Notes under the pieces: model-generated | Database searches by the model: none | What the model was told of the DNA's origin: nothing | Seen by the model: the letters and a program-made list of their open reading frames with translations, nothing else | Assembly (NCBI GenBank): GCA_039096225.1 | Contig: JBBPEB010000026.1 | Span: 558,001 to 622,000 of the forward strand | Origin: Blastocystis sp. Blastoise | Taxonomy: Eukaryota > Protista > Bigyra: Opalinata | Direction: 5' to 3' | Length of the DNA: 64,000 nucleotides | Shown: positions 39,796 to 49,866 of the stretch, one piece after another | Layout: every line of letters begins with the position of its first letter | Position numbering within the stretch: position 1 is the first letter of the stretch | Position numbers and translations under genes: made by a program

Positions 39796-40833
39796 ATGAG
39801 TTCAATTACAAAAAGATATTTAAAACAAAATTGTGATCCACGATTATTTGGAGGATCACCACCAAAATCAAATAGACGTGATCTTTATCATAAACGTTAT
39901 GTAAGATATGGAGGAACTGGTTTTGAAGAAATTGTTAGACAACAAACTAGAGATGCTGATTGGGCTGACTTTAAAAATGGTGTCTATACTGCATTACCTA
40001 TTTTAGGTACATTAGGAGCATTTGCTGGATATAATTATTATCAGAAACGTAAAGAACAAAAACGTCAAGAAAAAGCAAAAGAAGAAAAGAAAAGACAATT
40101 TGAAGAACATATTGAAGATGCTAATAGAGATGATGAATTATATAACGATGATGCTACTTATCAACCAAAGAGAATAACAAGAAAAATGATGGCTGATGAT
40201 GATAAAGATTATAATAATGCAAATCTTGAAGATGAAAATTATGATGATATATTTGGTCAAGGTATACATAGAAGGCATCAGAAACATCGTAAAGAACATG
40301 GGAGTCACCGAGAAAAAGAAAAGAAAACAAGTAAATTCGTAACTCCTCAAATAAGAATTATTGCTAAGAAGGCTATTCGTTCTAATAATATAAAGTCTAA
40401 TAAGAAGAAATTACAAGATATTAAAGAACGATTACCTAAAAATGATGAGCATGTGTCTGTACGTGATATTGTTAATGTCGTTATCGATAAAGAATATCCT
40501 ATGGATCCAAAACAAAAGCATTCTATTATTGCGAATACTGCTATTAAAACTATTAAAACGATTGTTCCTATTGTAGTGAATGCATTAAAATACTATTATC
40601 CTTCTCTTGGTATCCCTATTGATTTCGCTTATAATATGATTACTACCGATGATGATAAGAAACGTAAAGAAACTGCTGATAACTATTTTAAAAATCCTAG
40701 TGGAAGTGGTGTTACAAAAGAGAATGCTGAACGTTGTGGTGGTGCTCTTGTCAACTCTACATCCTTTGATACTACTACTAATTTAATTATTAATCTTGTT
40801 CAATTCTTCTTAAAAAAATTCCATTTAAATTAA
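39796..40833 (+). CDS. Putative virion core/membrane-associated protein
   Basis: LFGG, RYGG, FGQGI, SGSGV and RCGG motifs, hydrophobic ALPILGTLGAFAGY and basic tracts. Confidence 0.5.
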   Translation: MSSITKRYLKQNCDPRLFGGSPPKSNRRDLYHKRYVRYGGTGFEEIVRQQTRDADWADFKNGVYTALPILGTLGAFAGYNYYQKRKEQKRQEKAKEEKKRQFEEHIEDANRDDELYNDDATYQPKRITRKMMADDDKDYNNANLEDENYDDIFGQGIHRRHQKHRKEHGSHREKEKKTSKFVTPQIRIIAKKAIRSNNIKSNKKKLQDIKERLPKNDEHVSVRDIVNVVIDKEYPMDPKQKHSIIANTAIKTIKTIVPIVVNALKYYYPSLGIPIDFAYNMITTDDDKKRKETADNYFKNPSGSGVTKENAERCGGALVNSTSFDTTTNLIINLVQFFLKKFHLN

Positions 40834-40909
40834 TTATTTTAACTTTTATTATTTCATAATTAATTATTTGTTTTGTTATATAATTATTTTTAAATTAATA
40901 CAATAAATA

Positions 40910-42088
40910 ATGCAAAGTAATTTAGGAGATAGTGTAACTCTCTATGATATTTTATCAAGAAATCAGAAAAAACAATCTTGGGATCCATGGTTACCCAATT
41001 CATATATTTGTCAAGATGAACAACCAGTACAACCATTAGCACATGATCCTAATGCACAAGGATCTATGTATAGTTCAATGGCAGTTCAAGCATTAAGAAA
41101 TCATGGTCAATCACCTGAAGATATGTTTATAGCTACTATGAATTCAGCTAAAGCTAATGGAGATACTGCAAGATATTCATCAATGTTATCTCAATGGCAA
41201 ACGAATTATGGTGTACCTACTACAAGTAAGATATGGTATGATGCTAGTAATCCTAATAATTATCAATATGAAACATTATTATCTTCAATAAAAGGCTTAA
41301 ATGGATTGAATTCAGAAGCATATAAACAGAATAAAGAGAATTATGAATTCTATTCAAATGCTCAAAAAGATATGTATGATCAATTAAATAATATTTCATA
41401 TCAAATTAAAACCAATAATGATGACATTCATGCTGAAGCAGCTTCAATGAAACAAAATATGACTAGTAATTATGAAAATCTACATAAAGATAACGAATAT
41501 TTGAACTCAAAGATGGATACATATGAAAATAATCGTCAATCAGATAATAATATTACAAACTCTAAAATGGATACATATGAAAATAATCGTAAAAAAGATG
41601 TTAACAATACAAATTCAAAGATGGATAAATATGAAAATAATTGTCATCAAGACTATAACAATACACAATCTAGAATGGATAAATATGAAAAGAATCGTCA
41701 AAATGATACTAATAAAACAAACGCTAAGATGGATAATTATGAGAGTAACCGTAAAAAAGATGCCAAAGCATTTGAAGATAAGATGGATGAACAAGGTATG
41801 CATTATGATATTGTTGAAAGTGGTATACCATTCACAATTTATGTTAATGGTAAGAACTCAAAAGTAATATGTAATAATCCAGAGTTTAAAGATCAGGTAT
41901 TCATTCTTAAAGATGAAAAAATTTATGTTAGATCAGCTGAAAAGTCAGGCTATATATATAAAACGTACGGAACAATGCCACTTGATGAATTCATTATCAA
42001 ATATAATGAAGGTTTATTTAATGAAAATAAGGCACTTCCTGATAAAGAACATAGTGGATTAAGAAATCAGCAAAACGATGAAACTTAA
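40910..42088 (+). CDS. Viral protein with 18-aa tandem repeats (coiled-coil/fibre-like)
   Basis: About five copies of NSKMDxYExNRxxDxNxT, a 54-bp unit at roughly 41504-41775. Confidence 0.6.
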   Translation: MQSNLGDSVTLYDILSRNQKKQSWDPWLPNSYICQDEQPVQPLAHDPNAQGSMYSSMAVQALRNHGQSPEDMFIATMNSAKANGDTARYSSMLSQWQTNYGVPTTSKIWYDASNPNNYQYETLLSSIKGLNGLNSEAYKQNKENYEFYSNAQKDMYDQLNNISYQIKTNNDDIHAEAASMKQNMTSNYENLHKDNEYLNSKMDTYENNRQSDNNITNSKMDTYENNRKKDVNNTNSKMDKYENNCHQDYNNTQSRMDKYEKNRQNDTNKTNAKMDNYESNRKKDAKAFEDKMDEQGMHYDIVESGIPFTIYVNGKNSKVICNNPEFKDQVFILKDEKIYVRSAEKSGYIYKTYGTMPLDEFIIKYNEGLFNENKALPDKEHSGLRNQQNDET

Positions 42089-42212
42089 TAGACTATATTA
42101 TATTTACTTATTTATGCAATATTATGTTTGCCATTTAAATTATAATTTTGTTAATATATATATATATATTTTTGTTTTGTTTTAAAAATCATAATTATTT
42201 TATTAAACTAAA

Positions 42213-43703
42213 ATGATACAAAGTGCTCGTTTAAATGTTTCGAATAAAGGATTAGTAGGCGTAAATCATCGTGCTACTGGTCATGAATATCGAAATTATA
42301 TTGTTCCAGGATCTATTCCTGATGGAGAAGAACGTCATCCAATTAATTATTCTATTGCTCCTAATTCTTTAGCTGCTGTTAAACGAATAGAAAGTAATAT
42401 GGTTAATAGAGCAACGTCAAATCCATTCTATTCATATTTGTCAGAAACCAGACAAGATGTTATACAAAGTTCATTAGAAGAATCAGAAGAAACTGAACCA
42501 ATAGATGAAGGATCTGGGCTATTACCTGATGGTAGAATTCCAAAGAACTTTACAAGAAAACTTATTTATGCTCATGATTATGTCTTACCTTATATGAAAC
42601 AAAATCATATGTCTGATTATTCTAAATATTCTAGATTATTAAATCCTCGTACAATTGATAGTGCTATTGATTTTACTAAAAGAGATCGTGATGGTTACTT
42701 ATATTCTAGAGGTGGTAATTTATTTTCTAATATTTATCACACTGTAAGTGATGTATACAATGTGTCTGATAAATTAACTGGAGGTATTAATAACATCACT
42801 CATGGAATAAGTAATGCTGTTGATTATGGTGCAAATAAATTCAAAGATCTCAAGAATTGGTGGAGAGATATTAATGTTGATCCAAAAGAAGGATTCAATG
42901 ATATTAAAGGAAAACTTGTAAGTGATAGAAATAATTTATATGATAATTGGAAATTAACTGATGATAATGAAGCTAAGAAAAAGAATAAAATATTAGCTGA
43001 TAATTATTTTAGATTTGCTCATATGTCAGGTAATGATACGAAACAACAAAGACTTAACAAAAGTAAATCTTTAGAAGATCAAGCAAAAACATTTCATAAT
43101 AATTATATTCCCTATGCAGAAAACCCAACATTCGTTAATAAAGTTGTTAATACTGCAACAAATGTAGGAACACCAATTGTTAATGGTGTTAAAAAAGTTG
43201 CAAACTCTGTTGTTAGTGGTGTAAATAATTTATACAATACTTTTTCTGGATTTTTATTTGGTAAGAATCCAGAGGAAGAAATACCACAAACAAAAAATCC
43301 AATAGAAGCAAATAATAATGTTATACCAACTTCTTCATCTACTCCTGATACTCTAACACAAGAAAATATTCATAATATTACTATTGAAGATTCAAATCCT
43401 CCAAATTTAATTCCTCTTATGAATGATCCTACTGTTCCTTTACCTGATACTGTTCCAATGTCTCAAGCAGTCACGAATAATTTCACTCCAAATATTACAC
43501 CTGTAGCCCCGATTCCCAATCCAGTAGAAAATGTCACTCTTGTAAATAATAATAAAAGAAATAAAAACGAAGACGATGAATTTCAATCATTTGATGAAGA
43601 TGATGGTGAGGTATTTTATGATCTCGAAGAAGGTAATGGATTACGTAGAAAAAGACGTATTTCAAAAAATAAAAAATTAAGAAATAAACGTAGAAAACAT
43701 TAG
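42213..43703 (+). CDS. Putative virion core protein, N-terminus homologous to 22479-24230
   Basis: TGHEYRNY motif, EGSGL, SRGGNLF, a Pro-rich region, and EGNGL followed by a very basic tail. Confidence 0.55.
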   Translation: MIQSARLNVSNKGLVGVNHRATGHEYRNYIVPGSIPDGEERHPINYSIAPNSLAAVKRIESNMVNRATSNPFYSYLSETRQDVIQSSLEESEETEPIDEGSGLLPDGRIPKNFTRKLIYAHDYVLPYMKQNHMSDYSKYSRLLNPRTIDSAIDFTKRDRDGYLYSRGGNLFSNIYHTVSDVYNVSDKLTGGINNITHGISNAVDYGANKFKDLKNWWRDINVDPKEGFNDIKGKLVSDRNNLYDNWKLTDDNEAKKKNKILADNYFRFAHMSGNDTKQQRLNKSKSLEDQAKTFHNNYIPYAENPTFVNKVVNTATNVGTPIVNGVKKVANSVVSGVNNLYNTFSGFLFGKNPEEEIPQTKNPIEANNNVIPTSSSTPDTLTQENIHNITIEDSNPPNLIPLMNDPTVPLPDTVPMSQAVTNNFTPNITPVAPIPNPVENVTLVNNNKRNKNEDDEFQSFDEDDGEVFYDLEEGNGLRRKRRISKNKKLRNKRRKH

Positions 43704-43777
43704 TTAATTTTAATTTGTTTTATTTATTATTATTTTTAAAAACTAAACAATTTGTTTTGTTATTAATAAGAATTAAT

Positions 43778-43945
43778 TTAAAAATCAATAAATTTTTTTA
43801 TATAATCTTCATAATCATCTTCACTTTCAGTTTTAATAGTATCCACTTCAGAATCACTATCACTTAATTCATCAACTTCAAAATTTCCATAAGGTTTCCA
43901 AGTACCTTCTTTATAATCTGGAGCAAATTGCTTTGGAGAATCCAT
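43778..43945 (-). CDS. Small acidic viral ORF (55 aa), below the ORF-track cutoff
   Basis: MDSPKQFAPDYKEGTWKPYGNFEVDELSDSDSEVDTIKTESEDDYEDYIKKFIDF*. Directly downstream of the HSE array in the right TIR. Confidence 0.55.
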   Translation of the reverse strand: MDSPKQFAPDYKEGTWKPYGNFEVDELSDSDSEVDTIKTESEDDYEDYIKKFIDF

Positions 43946-43990
43946 AATATATAGTATAAAAATAGAAAAAACGAATAATACAATTTATTA

Positions 43991-44748
43991 TTCTAGAAGT
44001 TTCGAGAATGTTCTAGAATGTTCTAGAAAATTTATATTTTTCCATATCGGTCGCTCATGTTTCCAAAAGTCTCTCGTTATAATCGTGGTGGTGGGTACAT
44101 CTTTTTACAAGACCACACCACCACCAGCTTTTCTTTCACCCACTATAAATACATACCTTGATCACTTTACTCTTTTTATATAAATTTTTTTTATGATTAT
44201 CATGACTTTTTATATTATTTATTGATCACTATACATACATTTTTATTTTTATATATTCCCGTGATTATTTTTATTATTTCTTTTTAGATAGAACCATCCA
44301 TTTCATCTTTTCTCTATTAAAGGGAGGGTCGGGGTGTGTGTTTATTTAGCACATTCTGTGCTTCTTTTCGTATTTCTTTCTGTATTCCCGTGATTATTTT
44401 ACTCACTTTACCAACGATGGAGTCATTTTCCATGAATATTCCCTGTAAAGGGGAGGGTTGGACTGTGTATTTTATTTCTTTTATGATTACTATGAGTTTC
44501 TCCTTGATCACTATACGTTTCACGTTGGAATCGGAACACAAATAAATTAAAAATAAATAAACATGGGAAAAATAAATACACACACACACTACCCTACACT
44601 CCCATGGTTATTTTACTTCAGAAATGTTATTAATTCTTCCGTCGAGAACAAAAAGGGGGGATGACTTCCCCGCTTATGGCTGCGCGCGTCGCGCAGACTC
44701 TATGCGGGGTTTGCATACCCCCTTCTGCAGTTCGAAGAACGGAAGAAT
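43991..44748 (-). repeat. Right viral TIR (758 bp)
   Basis: Reverse complement of 19329-20086. Confidence 0.96.
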
Positions 44749-44752
44749 GATT

Positions 44753-45733
44753 ACTGTATCAGAAGGGTATGTAAGGAAGCTGCTTAAAAAGAATAATATT
44801 CTATTGAAAAGACCACTAACAAATTATGAAGAAAAAGCTAGACCAACAAAGAAAGATGCGAAGATACTGTATAGGAATATTCATTATGTAATAAATAAAA
44901 GAAAAATCAAAACTTCTCTTATATTCAACATGGATGAGTCATGGGTTACTCCTGGTGATAAAAGATCAAGAGTTACTGTTGCAGTTGATAATGATCACTT
45001 ACCAATAACAAAACAAGGTACTAGTGTTACTCATACAACACTAATTGGTTGTATTTGTGCTGATGGTACTGCAGTTCCTTCCTCTTATGTTGTTGATCGA
45101 GATACTTATAATATTAAAGAAATAGATAAGCAAAATCTGTCCTATATAAAAGTATGGTCTGCTAAGTCTGGATGGATAAATGCACATGTGTTATACTCAT
45201 GGATTCAAGATGTTTTTCTTCCATATGTTAATAAAAAGAGAAAAGATATGAATCTTGATAGTACTAATGATTATTGTCTACTTATTCTTGATGCTCATAC
45301 AACACGTAATGATACTGATTTTCTTAGTTTATGTGAGAATAACCGTATTGATGTAATTGTACTTCCAAAAAATACTACTAGTGTCTTTCAACCGCTTGAT
45401 TTAGTTATATACAATGTATATAAATCAAAATTTAGAAGATATTATAAAATAACAAATAGATATTCGTTATTAGCAGCATCTGAGGATGCTTTTAGTGAAG
45501 CTTTTACAAGAAGAAATATTTTAAGTGCATGGCAAGCTTCGAGACTTCTTATTGATGATGAGAATGAGTTTATCAAGGATTTTGATGATCGTCCCCGTAG
45601 TAAAGTAACTAGAAAATCATCTAAAGTGTCAAATAAAATCTTAACTAATATCAATAGAGAAATGATGGAGGATGAATTTAGTGATAAACTTGATAATACT
45701 GTTTCAGAAGATGAAATAATAGTTAATGAATAA
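44753..45733 (+). pseudogene. C-terminal (DD35D catalytic) half of outer transposase
   Basis: IFNMDES, SGWIN, LLILDAHTTR, LPKNTTSVFQPLD. The listed ORF start at 44624 is inside the viral TIR. Confidence 0.9.
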
Positions 45734-45845
45734 AGATATTCCTTTCTATATATATATTTTTTATTTTTTTTTATATAATATATCATATATATACTTATTT
45801 TTTTATAATTGTTATTAATTTATGTCAAAAAAATTTCTTGTTTTG

Positions 45846-46000
45846 TTTTAAACAGAAAAAAAAACTATTTTTATTGAAAAAATGTTATTTACATGTTTAT
45901 CTTTATTAAATACAGTGAAAAAATATTTTTTCCCGTAAATATGGAAACAAAACAAAAACGGGTCACTTTGGTACAGGAGGTCACTCTGGTACAGGTACTT
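45846..46000 (-). repeat. Right TIR of outer transposon
   Basis: Reverse complement of 16990-17144, followed by TA. Confidence 0.93.
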
Positions 46001-46028
46001 TACTTTTTCTTTTTTTTTCATTCATCAA

Positions 46029-47026
46029 ATGTTAATAGATTCTCATTGTCACTTACATTTCACTCGAATCAGATCTCAATTCACGAAACTATATGAAAAT
46101 GCTATGTCAAATCATATTAATTATTTTGTTTGTAATGCAACAAATCTGAACGATCTAGAAGATGTTAAGCAGCTATCTATCAATTACAACAACATCATTC
46201 CATGCTTTGGTATTCATCCATATTATGCAGATACGGTAACATCAGAAAATGTCAAATCAATTCTTGAACCTTTTCTATTAGAATTTCCTCATTCTAATAT
46301 AGGTGAAATAGGTCTTGATAAGTCTTCTAAGGGAAAACGAATCTCTATGGATATACAGGAAAAACTATTTGAAACACAACTTTTGTTAGCCAAGGAATAT
46401 AATCGTATACCAGTTATACATTGTGTGAAATCTTATGGCAAAATTCTTGATATATTACGAAAGTTATCTCCTCTTCCTAGAGGATTCTTAATGCATGGTT
46501 ATAATGGTCCTTTCAATATGGTGAAAGACTTTTCTAAATTAGGCGGTTATTTTTCTATATCTGCTTCTTTATTCAATACAAATCATGATGAGTATATTCT
46601 TTTTAATTTTTACATACTAAACAAACATAATTTTTTAACATTTTTTTAAATTTAACACATTTTTTACAGGGATGTTATAAAAAAGGTCTTAATGGCCATT
46701 CCAGAAGATAGACTACTAATTGAAACTGACAGTCCAGACATGGTATTCTTATGTCATAACTTTATTTTATTTTAAATAGATTCTAAAAAGTTGTATTGAT
46801 AATTGTGAATGCGACGAAGAAGGAATGTATATAAATGATCCATCAAATCTCACGAAAGTATTTGTTTTCTATTATTTCTATTATATTCTATTATATATGC
46901 TAATGAATTTAGATTTGTGAGCTTGTTGCAAAATATCTAGGTAAATCTGAAAAAGAAATTGAATTACTAACGTCTCATAACGCTTCTACTTTTTTTGATA
47001 TTCATATATATGATACGGAGAATTAG
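46029..47026 (+). CDS. tatD: TatD family DNase, multi-exon
   Basis: MLIDSHCHL, GIHPYY, GEIGLD, IHC, MHGY, LLIETDSPD. Stop TAG at 47024-47026. Confidence 0.92.
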
Positions 47027-47431
47027 AATAAAAGCAAATATCACAAAAATTTTGCTCATTAAAAAATGCAACAACGAAATTATTATCAAGATTGTTTTGT
47101 TTTAATAAAAATGAATTAAGTAAGATATAAAGACAACAGAAAACATATAAATCTTAATAACTGAAAAGAATAATCGTATAAATTATTTAAAAAATTTAAA
47201 CCAAAAAAAACAATTTTTTTATTACAAAACTCTTTTCGATCATAAATATCAGTAAATAATTTATACATAATATTTTTTTGTGTATAGTTTGTTCTTATAA
47301 TTAATAAAATATTATAATATATATAAATATAGACATAAATAACACGGTGCACACTATACAGAATAAGAATGAAAGAATGATTGTGGAATGTTCTATTTTT
47401 AATAAGATAATAAATTCTTAAATGTATATAT

Positions 47432-47503
47432 GCAGCCATAGCTCAGTGGTAGAGCATACGATTGCAGATCGTGCGGTCGGTGGTTCAAACCCGCCTGGCT
47501 GCT
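47432..47503 (+). tRNA. tRNA-Cys (GCA)
   Basis: Acceptor stem GCAGCCA/TGGCTGC, D arm GCTCAGTGGTAGAGC, anticodon loop TTGCAGA, T loop GGTTCAAACC, U discriminator, downstream T run. Confidence 0.96.
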
Positions 47504-48743
47504 TCTTTTTCTTTATTATATTAGACTTTGTTTAGCATTTTTTTTTTATTCAGATAGAGAACTTTAATGTTTAAAAATATTTATTAGTGAGAACACAAGC
47601 AGTTTTTAATTATATTAAAACAGAAAAAGTAGTAAAATATTGCGTGGTGCTAGTATTACTCATTTTTTTCATTCTCAGTGTTTTCTTTTAGCTATATTCA
47701 ATAAATATATACTAATACAAAATTGCAAACATTAGCATATATTAAAAGAAATTATAATAATGTAAAAACAAATAAACTATGACTAATTTATATTAAATTC
47801 GAGAGAAAAATATGAATTTCACTAAATACTGTATTCTATTGATAAATGTATATATAAGAGAGTTCTTGACAGTATGATTCTAGATCATAAAAATGTTTCT
47901 TCAAACAATCCATTTTTCAAGTGAATTTTTTTTTAGTATATATTTTCACTTACATACACTCTCTATGATGTTCAACGTTTCAAAAGATATTCAAATTAAT
48001 ATCCAGTGTCTTTGTTGAGTGGTATGTGCAAGTCGGTGAGTATATCGTCTAAAAAACAATTGTTTCATATATGAACAATCTATTTCAAATCAAATTGGCA
48101 TTTCATGGGCACATTCCGCTCAATACTTAGATGATTGTCTAGAAAACACACAACAGATTTGTTTACATTAAATTCTAAAAAACATGGGAATACTTTTCAT
48201 ATCATTAACCAACCAAAATCATAATCAACAAAAAAGCAAGTGATGTGTTTATAGAAAACTGTATTCCTGAAAATGCGACACTAAACTATGATATTATTGG
48301 CCGATTGTATGTTTGACACAATGAATTGTCAGGTCAAAGAAAAACATTAGAAAACACATCTTACTGCTGCTTGGTATGGCCAGGTTTCGCTTTTATACCC
48401 TTTAGAAAATGTGTTTTATATGAACACTGTTATGACACATCTAAGACTCTTCTTCAATATCTTTGAAAACCATTAAATTCATGCTTGGTTCTTATTTGTT
48501 TACTGAATTTCTTAAATTGTAGATGAGTGGCTGCAAAAAAATGCCGAATATCTATATGTACAATCAGTGCCAAAACCTGACAACCTCGGTTTTTTTTTTA
48601 AACTGGCGAGTTTTTCTTTGTTTTTTTTTTATTAAGTCATTTGTCATCAAAGGTTGTATTGACTATTAAAACAGGGAAACAAAACAAATAAGCGTCATGG
48701 AAAAAAATTTAAAAAACCATTTTTTTGAATTGAAACACAAATA

Positions 48744-49757
48744 TTAATATCTTGTAAATCCACCATTATTGGCTATTACTGCCTCAATTCTTTTCGGCAT
48801 TGATAAAACAAGCCTTTCACATACATTTACAGGTATTGACCTCCATATCTTGTCAACTTCGACCTTTAGTTGACTCAAAGTATATCCGCAATGGGAATTT
48901 CTTTGTAATCTTCTTTTAATATAGACCCAAAGATGTTCAATGGGATTAAGGTCTGGGGACTGTGGAGGCCAATCAATCACTGTAAGTTGAGCAGTTTTAA
49001 AGAAACTATTCATCTTTTTTGACTTGTGAATAGGAGCATTATCCTGTTGGAATACCATAGTTTTGGGGTCAATTTGCAATTTTTCCACGGTTGACGGAAG
49101 AGTTCGACCAAGAGTTTCTCCATACTTTAATGATGTCACATGACCATCAAGGACCTCCATTTGACCAGCACCATGTTGCGTCATACATCCCCAAATCATA
49201 ATCGATTTTCCATCGTTTTTCATGGTTGGAATGATTTCTGACGGCTTATTTGGAGAACCAGGTTTCTTCCAATAGTATTCTTGAAAGGTTGATTGATGTG
49301 TTCTAATAGAACACTCGTCAGACCAGAGGACGTTTTCCCAGAAACTTATTGGCATATTTCGGTATTTTAAACACCAATCCAATCGGACTTTTCTATTTTT
49401 CTCCGATATGAGTGGTTTATGAAGCTTCTTTTTGGCGACGTAACCAACAGCATGGAGTCCTCTAATAAAGGACCTTTTTGAGACATGAGTACCGGTTTTC
49501 TTTTGGAAGATATCCAATAAAACGCTAGAGTTCTCAGAGCTTTTTGGGACAATATTATTGATTTCTCGTAAATTAGAAGGAGTTAAAACTTGTGGTCTTC
49601 CACCTTTCTTAGTTGACTTGGACATATTGTATTGGGACCTTCTACGGGCAACAGTTCTAAGCGAACAATGAAAATGAATGGCAATCTGTTCATCCGTGTA
49701 CCCGTCTCTTATCATCTTTCTAAACTCTCTTTCAGTTATAACGACGTATTTACCCAT
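48744..49757 (-). CDS. Tc1 transposase (first ATG 49757)
   Basis: GRPQ, WSDE, MIWGCM, QQDNAPIH, WPPQSPDLNPIE with D-x34-E spacing. Confidence 0.95.
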   Translation of the reverse strand: MGKYVVITEREFRKMIRDGYTDEQIAIHFHCSLRTVARRRSQYNMSKSTKKGGRPQVLTPSNLREINNIVPKSSENSSVLLDIFQKKTGTHVSKRSFIRGLHAVGYVAKKKLHKPLISEKNRKVRLDWCLKYRNMPISFWENVLWSDECSIRTHQSTFQEYYWKKPGSPNKPSEIIPTMKNDGKSIMIWGCMTQHGAGQMEVLDGHVTSLKYGETLGRTLPSTVEKLQIDPKTMVFQQDNAPIHKSKKMNSFFKTAQLTVIDWPPQSPDLNPIEHLWVYIKRRLQRNSHCGYTLSQLKVEVDKIWRSIPVNVCERLVLSMPKRIEAVIANNGGFTRY

Positions 49758-49866
49758 ACACAACTTATTTTTAAAGAATAAAACTATTTTTAAAGGGTTA
49801 AAAAAGGTCTCAGAGTAATTGTGTTCCAATTAAAATTTCTGTTTTTCCAAAACCACTAATTATATA

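Larger units (their letters stand above)
19329..44748. mobile_element. Endogenous Polinton-like virus (tyrosine-recombinase type, no pPolB recognised), 25.4 kb
   Basis: 758-bp TIRs enclosing densely packed intronless ORFs. Motifs for MCP, penton, A32 ATPase, cysteine protease, AEP-SF3 helicase and tyrosine recombinases. Confidence 0.9.
16990..46000 (+). mobile_element. Outer pogo/Fot1-like (DD35D) DNA transposon carrying two nested insertions
   Basis: 155-bp TIRs 16990-17144 and 45846-46000 with one mismatch seen, flanked by TA on both sides. Transposase split into 18881-19327 and 44753-45733. Confidence 0.92.

Noticed and set aside
19329-44748. Canonical Maverick/Polinton
   Set aside because: No pPolB or retroviral-type integrase recognised, no AG...CT termini and no 6-bp TSD.
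44624-44749. N-terminus of the 369-aa ORF, and C-terminus of the 188-aa ORF (19328-19447)
   Set aside because: Read-through into viral TIR sequence. The real transposase halves join at ATT(A).
47900-48540. Slightly less AT-rich stretch left of the Tc1 element
   Set aside because: No ORF, repeat or motif could be identified by eye.
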